In this document: positions 1-9,900 of the stretch, one piece after another
Layout: each line of letters opens with the position of its first letter
Numbering within the stretch: position 1 is the first letter of the stretch
DNA from: Cytophagales bacterium
GTDB lineage: Bacteria; Bacteroidota; Bacteroidia; Cytophagales; JAAEPT01
Length of the DNA: 64,000 bases
Direction: 5' to 3'
Assembly: GCA_965267335.1 (NCBI GenBank)
Contig: OZ253953.1
Location: forward strand, 3,994,662 to 4,058,661
The notes under the pieces: generated by a model
Database searches by the model: none
Told to the model about the DNA's origin: nothing
What the model saw: only the letters and a program-made list of their open reading frames with translations
Position numbers and translations under genes: made by a program

Positions 1-3000
1 TGATTGACACAGTTCTAGTATGCAAAGGTGTCAGACTTCCGGCATCGGGACCTGAAGAGACAGTAATTGTCACGTCCTGAGGTCCATCGGCATCAACCCA
101 AACAGCATCCAGGACAAGATCCTGAAGGACATTGAATTTCAATTTATACCCCGCATTATCAAAATCATCGTTTGTCCAAACATCTCCTCCCGGCTCTGTA
201 GTCGTTGCCGGACCTACGGTGCCATTGAAGAAATCAGCATCTTCAACATAATAGGTTGTGGTTGCAGTGTGATTAGGCGTAGTATAGTTATCCCCACTAT
301 GGATCAAACTACCTCCGGTCGGTGCATCATACCAGTCATAGTTCGAGGGCCCTGTAACCGAGAGATTGAAAACACCACCTGGCTCGCATATAGTATCGTG
401 AGTTGGAACCGCTGCTGCCGAAGTTACTATAGCCTCATCGGTTGAATTTGGACAAGAACCTCCTGAGACCGTAACAGAATAAGTAGCCGGGGTTGTCACC
501 GTTAATTGAGGTGAGGTCTCCCCTCCCATTAGTACCGCATCTTCATACCATGTAAAGTTCAAAGCAGGGTTGGTGAGCCCAGTTGCGAATGTATAAGTAG
601 CTGGTGAACAAAGTTCGGCATCAGGACCAAGGTTTACAGTGAAATTATCGTAAATCTCTACCTCGTCTGTTTGTACGCAACCAAGCGAATCAACTTGTAA
701 ACTATATGTTCCGCTTAGTATTACATTTAAGGTGCTTGATGTTCCTACAGGTGAACCTTCTCTATACCATTGAAAAGATCGATTCGTATGAGGACCGGTT
801 AATCCAGAATTCAATGTGATACTTCCACCCGAAATGCATAAATAATCATCAGCTCCCAAATCAACCGGAGAACAAGGACATTGAACATAGGGACCTCCAG
901 GAGAACCTCCCACACAACCGACAAACCAATTTGCCGGGTCATTGAGATTGCCTGCCGGGTCATCTAATTCGAGCGTAAACCCCATTCCATCAGCACCGGT
1001 TGGCCATGGTGCCACATCATCATAGGTAACATCGGATTTTAAAACTCCAATACTGTTGTACAACCGGAGCCGTTCTCCACCATTACTTAATTTGAAGTTA
1101 AAAGGACCTACCTTGTTTGCTACAGATGGATGGTTTGCAGTGAACATAGAATCATTGCGGAATATGACTAAATACTCATCGGGGTTCAGTACTGTTCCGG
1201 AAGGAATTATAAATTCATTAAAATCATTTCCGTCTTTAAACACCCAACCAGATAAATCAACTGTACCATTACCGTGATTGTAAAGTTCAACCCAATCACC
1301 TGCGTCATATGCATCACTTGAGTTGTAATTAATTTCATTGAAAGTTATCTGACCAATATTCGATGTGCTATTGAAATTAGCCGTAAGAGAGGCATTTTGA
1401 GTAAAAGTTATATCATTACTAACACTTCCTGTTGATAACGACACACCACTTGCTGACCAATTGCTAAACTCGTATCCTTCGTTAGGGTACGCTGTAACCT
1501 CCACCGGACAACCACCAAAATAAACTCCTGACCAAGGATAGGTGTCAGGGATAACCGTACTAATCTTAACAACGCCAGCTCCGGCCGGACTTACATCAAC
1601 AGTTATAGTATATTGACCAGAAACTCCGGAAAGCTGGCCTTCAATGTCATCTCTGGCATAAGCGGGTCGATCATCCATATAATCTTTTATGTGATCCACA
1701 TTACCTGGCCATTGTGCCGCACCCGGCCAGTCAGTCCAGCGGTCATGATGATTAGAAATCTCAGAGGAAATTACGGCTGCAATGGCATCGGCACTGTCTT
1801 TATAATTATCCGGATCAAAAGTTGTATTAATAAGGTCAGCATACCTTTCCGCAAAGTAGCATTTAAAGTCATCGTTGGTCAATAACTTTTTGAGCATAGG
1901 GCTGTGAACATTATCAGTAGCATTGACCACCCGATCCAATTCATCATCTGAAGCCGGATAGCCACCCCACATATTTAACCCAAAATCGGTGTCAAAATAT
2001 ATGTACCTCCATTTATTTCCTGTCTCGGGTGAACTCCAGTACCGAATGTTGTTATGCGGCCAATCTCCGTTTTGGTGGTAGGTCTCAACTGCGAAGTAGT
2101 CAACGAAATTTTCAATGTCCAACATATCTTTTACCTGATCGTAGTTGGCACTATTGGTCATATCATTGTTTTCAACGAAATCCAACAGAGCTGTAAATCC
2201 GTCTCCTGACCCTTGCTTCACATCACCATCAAATTCTAAGAAATTAACATCTTTATGATCTACTCCATGGTTTGCTTCAACGTATTCCGGGTTTACTCTT
2301 TCCCTCATGTTATGTATGCCCCAGTACTCTCCATTAATATAGAGTACAGCAGGTTCATACGCCATGGCATCCATATTATCATTCCCCATCTGCATTCTGT
2401 GGTTTAATCCATCTCTGAACTGGGTATAATTAAAGTCATTACCTGAGTTTCTTAATACCATCTGATCGTGTTCCTGAATATTGGGTTTGTCTTTGAAGAC
2501 GAAGTCAAAGTGGTCTTTACCATATTGATCTCGGGGAATCAAACGAAGGCTTTTCATTGGAAAACCTCTTGACCACCCACCAAATATTTTCACTCCACAA
2601 TCCTGCTCGAAGCCCTGTACATCAGAATCGTTGAAATACTCAATGTGGATTTCTCTTTCCCAATCCTGCCAAAAGTTTGCATCAAAATGAGGAAATGATG
2701 CTTCTCCATTAGGACCAAGCTCATATATTCCTATATCATAGTCGAAAAAGTTATCCGGATGCGTACTGATTGAGATAACAGGGAGGTCATGGTTGTCAAC
2801 AATAAAATAGGAGTTAGTCTCTATTTTGGATTTTTTGGTAATGTAACCTGACCTAAAGCAACCAGCCCGAATTACCCGGGTATCAGGAATACCAATACTA
2901 CCTGAGTAATTTGTAGAGGTAGCAGTAGGCTTACTACCGTCTGTCGTATATTTTACTGTAGATAGACCACTACCACAAGTACAACCTGTAGTTTGTGCAG

Positions 3001-4141
3001 AAGTATAAAATCCCGCGGGGAGGGAGAAAGTCAAAGTATCTTCCCAAATTCCCATATAGCTTGTAGAAGTCGCATTGGATGCTGTTGGTGTAGCAGGGTC
3101 AAGAAAAGCAAATCCTCCGGTACCATTCGGCAAACGCCCGTAAGTAATGTCGTCATGTAATTCTGGTAGCCCTACCTGATCAACCAGTGATGATGATGCA
3201 TCATATAATGAAATAGTTTCTCCATTGTTACTGATTTTAAAATTAGTATGCAGGTAATATGTTCCGGTAGGAGGAGTAAACCATGCCGGAATAGTACTAT
3301 AGTTCACGATTGCCGTTGATACGCCAACTTGAAGCCAGGGTCGGGCAGATAAATCAGTTGAGGCTGATGAAACATTGTGTACTTGAATTGCTAATACGTT
3401 GTTGCCATTAACAATCAGTGGCTTCCATACATTTTTGTCAATTGTATATTCAGCTGGATTCCCCCCGGAATACAGTACCGCCTCATCATTTCCATCCGCA
3501 AAATCATCAAATGCAGGTGGGTTTCCGGAAATATTCTCTCTTGCAATTTCAACCCCGTTTAAATAGGCAACAAAACCATCATCGTAGTCCATGTGAAATA
3601 TTATTTCTTGAATTTCAGCACTATCAACCACATTGAAAGTCCTACGCATATACACGGACTCCGTACCACCTGGGACCACAGTATTATCATCTCCATCACC
3701 CATCCCGATCCCGCCTGGGCCAGAATTCCATGATCCATCATTGAAGCCTATGTCTGTCCAGTCGGAAGCTGGTTCTGAAGTTGGAATCATATATTGCCAG
3801 GTATCATCCTCTTTAACAATGCTTTCCCAGTGATCTATATAATCAACCCTATCCTTGCCAGATGCGAAAATGGTCAGGTACTCTCCTGCCCCAATTGTGA
3901 TATTTGGAAGCACCCAGCTGTTTACCGCCAAAGTAGTGTCTGTAATTTGGTAACCATTCAGGTTCACTGAAGAACCTCCGGCATTGTAGAGTTCGATCCA
4001 ATCTTCATTATCTCCATCGTTATCATAAAGAGAAGTAAAGGTTTCGGAACTGATTTCATTGATAACGACCTGTGCATATACCTTAGTCAGGTACACACTG
4101 CACAACAGCAGAATTAGATAGATTCTTTTCATACGTTTCAT
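1..4141 (-). CDS. CotH kinase-family protein with lamin-tail (LTD) domains and C-terminal Ig-like repeats. Partial: the 3' end runs off the left edge of the window.
   Basis: Absent from the supplied ORF track because its stop lies left of position 1. My reverse-complement translation from ATG 4141 (or 4132) gives MKRMKRIYLILLLCSVYLTKVYAQVVINEISSETFTSLYD. Spot checks stay open in the same frame: 2281-2400 gives RMQMGNDNMDAMAYEPAVLYINGEYWGIHNMRERVNPEY, and 2-70 gives TITVSSGPDAGSLTPLHTRTVSI. These are collinear with the 6688..10206 paralog (QIVINEVSS..., ILFINGQYWGIQNIREKIN). I did not verify every codon. Confidence 0.8.
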   Translation of the reverse strand, partial: MKRMKRIYLILLLCSVYLTKVYAQVVINEISSETFTSLYDNDGDNEDWIELYNAGGSSVNLNGYQITDTTLAVNSWVLPNITIGAGEYLTIFASGKDRVDYIDHWESIVKEDDTWQYMIPTSEPASDWTDIGFNDGSWNSGPGGIGMGDGDDNTVVPGGTESVYMRRTFNVVDSAEIQEIIFHMDYDDGFVAYLNGVEIARENISGNPPAFDDFADGNDEAVLYSGGNPAEYTIDKNVWKPLIVNGNNVLAIQVHNVSSASTDLSARPWLQVGVSTAIVNYSTIPAWFTPPTGTYYLHTNFKISNNGETISLYDASSSLVDQVGLPELHDDITYGRLPNGTGGFAFLDPATPTASNATSTSYMGIWEDTLTFSLPAGFYTSAQTTGCTCGSGLSTVKYTTDGSKPTATSTNYSGSIGIPDTRVIRAGCFRSGYITKKSKIETNSYFIVDNHDLPVISISTHPDNFFDYDIGIYELGPNGEASFPHFDANFWQDWEREIHIEYFNDSDVQGFEQDCGVKIFGGWSRGFPMKSLRLIPRDQYGKDHFDFVFKDKPNIQEHDQMVLRNSGNDFNYTQFRDGLNHRMQMGNDNMDAMAYEPAVLYINGEYWGIHNMRERVNPEYVEANHGVDHKDVNFLEFDGDVKQGSGDGFTALLDFVENNDMTNSANYDQVKDMLDIENFVDYFAVETYHQNGDWPHNNIRYWSSPETGNKWRYIYFDTDFGLNMWGGYPASDDELDRVVNATDNVHSPMLKKLLTNDDFKCYFAERYADLINTTFDPDNYKDSADAIAAVISSEISNHHDRWTDWPGAAQWPGNVDHIKDYMDDRPAYARDDIEGQLSGVSGQYTITVDVSPAGAGVVKISTVIPDTYPWSGVYFGGCPVEVTAYPNEGYEFSNWSASGVSLSTGSVSNDITFTQNASLTANFNSTSNIGQITFNEINYNSSDAYDAGDWVELYNHGNGTVDLSGWVFKDGNDFNEFIIPSGTVLNPDEYLVIFRNDSMFTANHPSVANKVGPFNFKLSNGGERLRLYNSIGVLKSDVTYDDVAPWPTGADGMGFTLELDDPAGNLNDPANWFVGCVGGSPGGPYVQCPCSPVDLGADDYLCISGGSITLNSGLTGPHTNRSFQWYREGSPVGTSSTLNVILSGTYSLQVDSLGCVQTDEVEIYDNFTVNLGPDAELCSPATYTFATGLTNPALNFTWYEDAVLMGGETSPQLTVTTPATYSVTVSGGSCPNSTDEAIVTSAAAVPTHDTICEPGGVFNLSVTGPSNYDWYDAPTGGSLIHSGDNYTTPNHTATTTYYVEDADFFNGTVGPATTTEPGGDVWTNDDFDNAGYKLKFNVLQDLVLDAVWVDADGPQDVTITVSSGPDAGSLTPLHTRTVSI

Positions 4142-4772
4142 CTTCGGTAAGACCCACCAATGCTGTATTGTCGCATCCATCTGTCTTTAGAGAATACGCA
4201 ATTGTATCAGCGACACTAAAATTAAAGTGCCGGGTAGTCTTCTAGGTTAAATCTCAATGATGTGGAATCTTTGAGTAAGGTTAACTCAAATATAATTTAA
4301 TATTAAGAAATTACAAAGCAACTCGTAAGCAGCTTAAATACAACGCAATACAGATCGCATCAACCTCATTTTTTTGCTGATTTATACTTCAGCGGTAGTT
4401 TCAATATGATATCAGTCTATATTCAACAACTTTCATACTAACGCAGAAACGATTAACCCAATCAGAATGAGCAAATTACATGTCTCGGGTTGAGAATAGA
4501 TACCTATAAGTAAAATCCAGGAACAGAATTTGAATATAAATAATTGAATCTTAGCGCCTGAAATTCCGTATATCTAATTCCAATGGATCACCGGTAAGCC
4601 GTCCATAACTTACAACATTAAATAAAAGTAAAACACAGCACCTGTTTAGGAGCTTGTCTGAGGACATTATCAAGATGCACTACTCAAACCTAAACATATT
4701 GCGGTTCCATTGGGGCTGTATTGGAAATAACAAATTTGATAGTATCTCGATGCTGATGTTAAAATATGAGGA

Positions 4773-5336
4773 ATGACAGAACTAGAGAGTTATAAAGATA
4801 CCGTATTGACGCTGTATGATTCAATGGTGTCTAAAAATTTAACCCTTGTATACGAAGGAGAAATCAACCAACATCTGACAAAGGCCTTTTCAGAAATGGC
4901 TGTTTCTAATATGGAATCCAACGAGTCTGACACGGTCAAAAACAGAGTCTTTCATGTGATGATTGAATGCTTGCAGAATATCGCGAAGCATTCGTATAAC
5001 AGTAAAGAAGCTGAGAGAGCTTACAGTGGAAATGGACTCTTTATCATCGGGAATACCGACAATGAATATTTTGTTATCACAGGAAACAGAATACTAAACG
5101 AAAAGGCCGATGTCATCAAAGAAGTCCTTGACAACCTGAATACACTTGATAAGGATGAAATCAAGCAACTTTATAAACAAAAAATTAAAGAATCCCGTCT
5201 TTCGGACAAAGGTGGAGCTGGGCTTGGGCTCATCGATATTGTGAAGAAAACCGGTAATACAATTGAATACTCTCTCCAAAGTATGGAGAACGAGACTTCT
5301 TTCTTAATTCTAATCACTAAAATAAACCGAGAATAA
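4773..5336 (+). CDS. SiaB-family / GHKL-type partner-switch Ser/Thr kinase (RsbW/SpoIIAB-like)
   Basis: 187-aa ORF starting at an ATG. It has an ATP-lid-like motif, DKGGAGLGLIDIVKKTGN. It sits 1 nt upstream of a DUF1987/SiaC-type gene, the canonical SiaB-SiaC arrangement. Confidence 0.6.
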   Translation: MTELESYKDTVLTLYDSMVSKNLTLVYEGEINQHLTKAFSEMAVSNMESNESDTVKNRVFHVMIECLQNIAKHSYNSKEAERAYSGNGLFIIGNTDNEYFVITGNRILNEKADVIKEVLDNLNTLDKDEIKQLYKQKIKESRLSDKGGAGLGLIDIVKKTGNTIEYSLQSMENETSFLILITKINRE

Positions 5337-5337
5337 A

Positions 5338-5724
5338 ATGGAACTATACAAAGTATCTGCAACTGATGAAACCCCAAAGGTTACATTAAACCCGGACACT
5401 GGAATTCTGGAGCTTGAGGGTAAATCCTTACCAGAGAATGTGAGTGTTTTTTATGATCCTATCATGGCCTGGTTGAACGAGTATAGTGCATCACCAGCTA
5501 CCAAGACACTCCTTGAAATGAAACTCAAGTACTTCAATACAGCATCATCAAAAATACTTCTTGATATGCTTATGAAACTAGAAGAAATCAAAACGAACGG
5601 TCATGAAGTTGTCGTCAATTGGCACTACAATGAAAACGATGAAGATATGGAAGAGGCCGGTGATGAATACTCGGATATAGTGGAAGACCTACCCTTTGAG
5701 TTCTTGCCTTATAAACAAGACTAA
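5338..5724 (+). CDS. SiaC-family regulatory phosphoprotein (DUF1987)
   Basis: 128-aa ORF. The N-terminus ATDETPKVTLNPDTGILELEGKSLPENVSVFYDPIMAWLNEY fits the DUF1987 pattern as I recall it. The C-terminus is acidic. Confidence 0.65.
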   Translation: MELYKVSATDETPKVTLNPDTGILELEGKSLPENVSVFYDPIMAWLNEYSASPATKTLLEMKLKYFNTASSKILLDMLMKLEEIKTNGHEVVVNWHYNENDEDMEEAGDEYSDIVEDLPFEFLPYKQD

Positions 5725-5848
5725 GCGAGCTATTTATTGGATCATAGTGCGCCATAAATACCATAACTCACTATGATCCAAATTTTACTTGCTAATTTTT
5801 CGTTTCTTTAATTACCTTTCTGGTACAATTTTGGCTCACTTGTTCAAC

Positions 5849-6244
5849 ATGAAGAGATTCTTAACTGCAATTCTGTTCTTTACAGGAACTTTGACGCTGG
5901 CTCAGTCACCTGATTTCTCCAGCCCTGAAGGAGTTGTAAATACATTCTATAGTGCTGTTCAGTCTCGTAACGTAGAACTCTTATCCCAATGTATTCATCC
6001 CGAGTCAACCCATCGCGAAGCATTGCAATACTACGCGAGGAACACATCGGAGCAACAGATCAAATCTTATGAAGATCGAATAGGAGAGTTTGGTTATATT
6101 GACAGGGTAACACCTCCCAATGAAGATTCCGAAAAGCAATGGACAAAAGTGGAAATTGTTTTTTACAAGACCGGTGGTGAGTCACACACGGTGAGAGTCT
6201 ATGTTACCGAACATGATATGGGATACCGTATTATCTCATTCTAA
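5849..6244 (+). CDS. small secreted protein of unknown function
   Basis: Track ORF 5789..6244. The ATG at 5849 gives a signal peptide, MKRFLTAILFFTGTLTLAQ. I recognise no family motif. Confidence 0.5.
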   Translation: MKRFLTAILFFTGTLTLAQSPDFSSPEGVVNTFYSAVQSRNVELLSQCIHPESTHREALQYYARNTSEQQIKSYEDRIGEFGYIDRVTPPNEDSEKQWTKVEIVFYKTGGESHTVRVYVTEHDMGYRIISF

Positions 6245-6645
6245 GTTCTCCTATTCTATTTGGAACACTAACTTCTATTTTGGTGACGCCCCGTAAAAAA
6301 AATGCCGAATAAATAATTCAGCGCATAGAACAAATCGGTTTCGATTTCCCTAAAATCACCTCTTAAAAGGCTATATCCAACATTTCGATAAGCAATCCTC
6401 CTAGAAAAAATTTACTAAAAATAGTGAGTAAACATCATGAGGTGCACTCGTAAAATATAATAAGAAAACTAAAAACGGAACCTTATATGTTTGACATCAT
6501 AAACCCCGATAGTAATTCAATACTATTTTTTCAACATTGGAAAAAAAGATTCAGAGAGTCAAAATCCATGGTAGAGCAAGCAAGTCGAAAACCAAGAAGA
6601 AAATTAGGCAGGAATATTTAAAATCTAAATAGCTGATTCTTCTAT

Positions 6646-6685
6646 AAGGCCAGTAATCCTCCCTGGAGTGCTGGCCTTTGTTTTT
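6646..6685. terminator. GC-rich hairpin between convergent genes, with a T-tract on the + strand only
   Basis: aaggccag (6646-6653) pairs with ctggcctt (6671-6678), with inner ctcc/ggag pairing, then tgttttt. The hairpin begins 10 nt past the stop of the minus-strand CotH gene. Confidence 0.5.
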
Positions 6686-6687
6686 CG

Positions 6688-6930
6688 CTACAGCACAACA
6701 ATCTTTTGTACGCTCATTTTACCCTCTCCTTTTAAACTGACAGAATATATACCTTTGGGCAAAGAGAATAAAGAAACCTGCTCTAAATAGCCTGCTTCGA
6801 TTCCCTGTAATCGCTTCCTCACTACTGGTACACCACGCGCATCAAGAATCTCCAACAACGATGACTCATACCCTTCACTGTTGATGAGTATATTAATCAT
6901 ACCCTGTGTTGGGTTCGGGAAGACATAAAT
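6688..6930 (-). other. T9SS (Por) C-terminal sorting domain of the CotH protein
   Basis: VFPNPTQG...LEILDARG..V....L......VSLFSLPKGIYSVSLKGEGKMSVQKIVVL matches the usual CTD pattern: FPNP, then beta strands, ending with a hydrophobic tail. Confidence 0.7.
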
Positions 6931-9900
6931 ATCATTGTTATGGGGTTGCTCTTCTTCAAGTGACACAATACAATCCAGACCGTTCATGGAACCTGGGCTA
7001 CCTTTGACACACCTTGCTTCCCAGGAAGTGGACAAACTACCATCATCCGATGGTGTTATTTTTTCCAAAGTATAACCCTGCCCATCTGCAAGAACATCCC
7101 ATGGAGCTTCATCATCAAATAATAGCTGCTCAACAAGATCACCCTTGGCATCATATAGCTCTATCAACTCTCCAGCGTTGCTAAAGCTGAATCCAAGGTT
7201 CCCGATATAGTTGGAAACAGTGGGGTTCACTTGCTTAAACTTTGTTGTATCATTACACACTACAAGGTATTCACCAGAAGCGATCACGGTGCCCTCCGGC
7301 ATCACATAACTATTGTAATCTCTTGAGTCAGATATGGACCAGCCTGAAATATCCAGGTCCACCGAACCATAATTATATAACTCCAACCAGTCATCGGTGT
7401 CAAATATAATAGAAGAGTTGTAGTTAATTTCATTGATTGTTAACTCCAGAGGAACCGAACTGCCAGTAAAAAAGGCCGTAAAGGTTGCATCCTGATCAAC
7501 ATTCAGGGTAATAGACTTGTTCGGGTCAGAACCTGAAATCAGTGGTGCTTCCCACCGGTCAAAGGAATACCCCGGATTGGCTACTGCTGTTATTGTTACA
7601 GGCACACCATCAAAATACACCCCAGTCCAGGGTAAGCTTTCCGGGTAAATGGTATTAATTTTTATATATCCTGCTCCGGGCGGGTTTACCTCCAAAGTTA
7701 TATCCACTTGTTTATTAAGGGAGAACCTTTCCTCAATATGATCACGATGTAATGCAGGACGTTGGTTGATATAATCGCGTAACTCCTGGATATAGTAATC
7801 ATGGGTAAACATATTCCCTCCCCATCGGGCATAATGAATTGGTAATTCATTATCCATTTCGTTCTTTACCTGATCCAGAGTATTATTAAAATAAGTAGGC
7901 AGGTAAATCGTATTCATCAAATCTGCTGAACGATTAATGAAATAGTTGCGATAATCAGGATTCGCCAAAAAAGATGTCATCATCTGAGAATGTGGATCTG
8001 TACTACCATCCATCAGTCGACTGATCATGTTGGAATCCATTGGCAATAAACCCCAAACACCATGAGTGATATCGGTATCATACATAATATACCGTAATTT
8101 GTATTCCCCGGTGCGATGACGCCAAAGCTTTAGGTTATTTTGTGGCCAGTCCCAATTGGACAAAAACAGGTTACACGCGAAATAATCTGCCATAGACTCC
8201 ATATCGAAATACTGACTGTAGTTGTCATAGTTGGATTGATCGGATAGGTCGGAGTTGGTAACCCCCCAATGCAGAATCCAGAAATCACTGGCATCACCTG
8301 CTATAGTTTGTCCCCAGGTATCTATCAAATCAATCTCATCCGAAGGAAAACCTGAGTTATCTTCAATAAAATGATCATTGATTTTTTCTCGAATATTCTG
8401 AATACCCCAATACTGGCCATTTATGAATAAGATTGCTGGCTGAAAACTTTGGTACTCAAAATCAGTGGCTCCTACAATGTTGGATTGATTAGTTCCGTCC
8501 CTCAGATTGGAATTCAAAAAGTCATTCCCGGAGTTTCTCAGCACAATCTGTTTAAAACTGGAGTTCTTCTTATCCTCAAAGAATTTATAATCAATCCGAT
8601 TTTTACCATACATACTTTTGGCCTTTATTCTCAAACTTTTTTGATCCTGAGTCCGTGACCAACCACCAAAGATTTGGGTACCCGCATCTTGTTCAAACTG
8701 TTCGGTTCCTGTATTATCAAAAAATTCGATATGAACAGGCTTTTCCCAATCCATCCAATAGTTGGCTCCGGTATGGGGCATCGGTGCTGTCCAGCCAGGA
8801 CCATCAACATAAATCCCTTCGTTGTAATCCCAAAAATTCTCCGGGTTGGTGGTTAATGAAATTACTGGCAAATCCTTGTCTTGGTTTATGAAATAGGTGT
8901 TTGTCACAACCTCTCCCGGCAAGAAGCCAGAAGAAAAACATGCGGCACGGACAGGTGTAGTGGTGTCGATTGCAATAGGGCCAGTGTATAATGTGGAACT
9001 CGAAGTTGGTAGTGACCCATCAATTGTGTATCTGATTTCCGAACTACCGGTAATACTTACCGTTTGCGAAGAATTATAAAAGCCAGCTGGCAGATCAAAT
9101 GTGAGCACATCAGGACAGTAGCCAAAATACCCAGTAGAGGCATTGTTTGTAGCCCCGGGCGTGCTGACATCAAAGATTACCCAATTCGTATTTCCGTCAG
9201 GTTGGCGCCCGGCAGAGTGATCCAGTTGCATTGCTCCTGTATTGACCTGATCAATTATGGTATTGCTCTCATCTAGTAACGAAAGCTGTTCACCATCCTT
9301 ATCTAATTTGAAATTAGTATGCAGAATACTTGTCGCTCCAGAAAACCACGATGGCGTATTATAGAAGTAACTGCTCCCTGATGAGATCCCAAACGAAAGA
9401 AATGGGCGGACAGTCATATCCGATGAAAACGCGTTTGCATTATGGGCTTGAATGGCCAGGACATTGGTCCCCGTCACTAGTGTGTTTTCAATAATCGAAT
9501 CGTGAATCAAATACCTTGAAGGATCACCACCGGAGTACATCTGTGCTTCATGATCAATAGTTGTATAAGTATCATAAGTTGGTGGTTGCCCGGTTATATT
9601 GTTTGATCGAGCTATTTCGACCCCGTTTAGGTATGCGACAAAACCATCGTCAATATCAATATCTAATATTGCAGAGGAAATATCATTTATGTCCGGGATT
9701 ACAAATTCCTTCCTAATGTAGACCGAAGAAATGGGATTACTGAGAATTGTATTATCATCACCATCACCATATCCAAAACCTCCAATTGCCTGAGCTATCC
9801 CGCTATCATCGAATGATAAATCATTCCAATTCGAAGGTGGTTCAGCGCTTGGGACCTCGTATCTCCAGATGGCCGTATCATTAATCGCGGTCTCCCAGTG

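Noticed and set aside
1056-3833. Plus-strand track ORFs 1056..1277, 1613..1885, 3418..3636 and 3633..3833
   Set aside because: They lie antisense to a continuous minus-strand reading frame that is clearly homologous to the CotH gene at 6688..10206. Their translations are low-complexity with no motifs.
8449-9276. Five plus-strand ORFs of 60-78 aa inside the CotH-2 gene
   Set aside because: They are antisense shadows of a 1172-aa gene with strong domain evidence.
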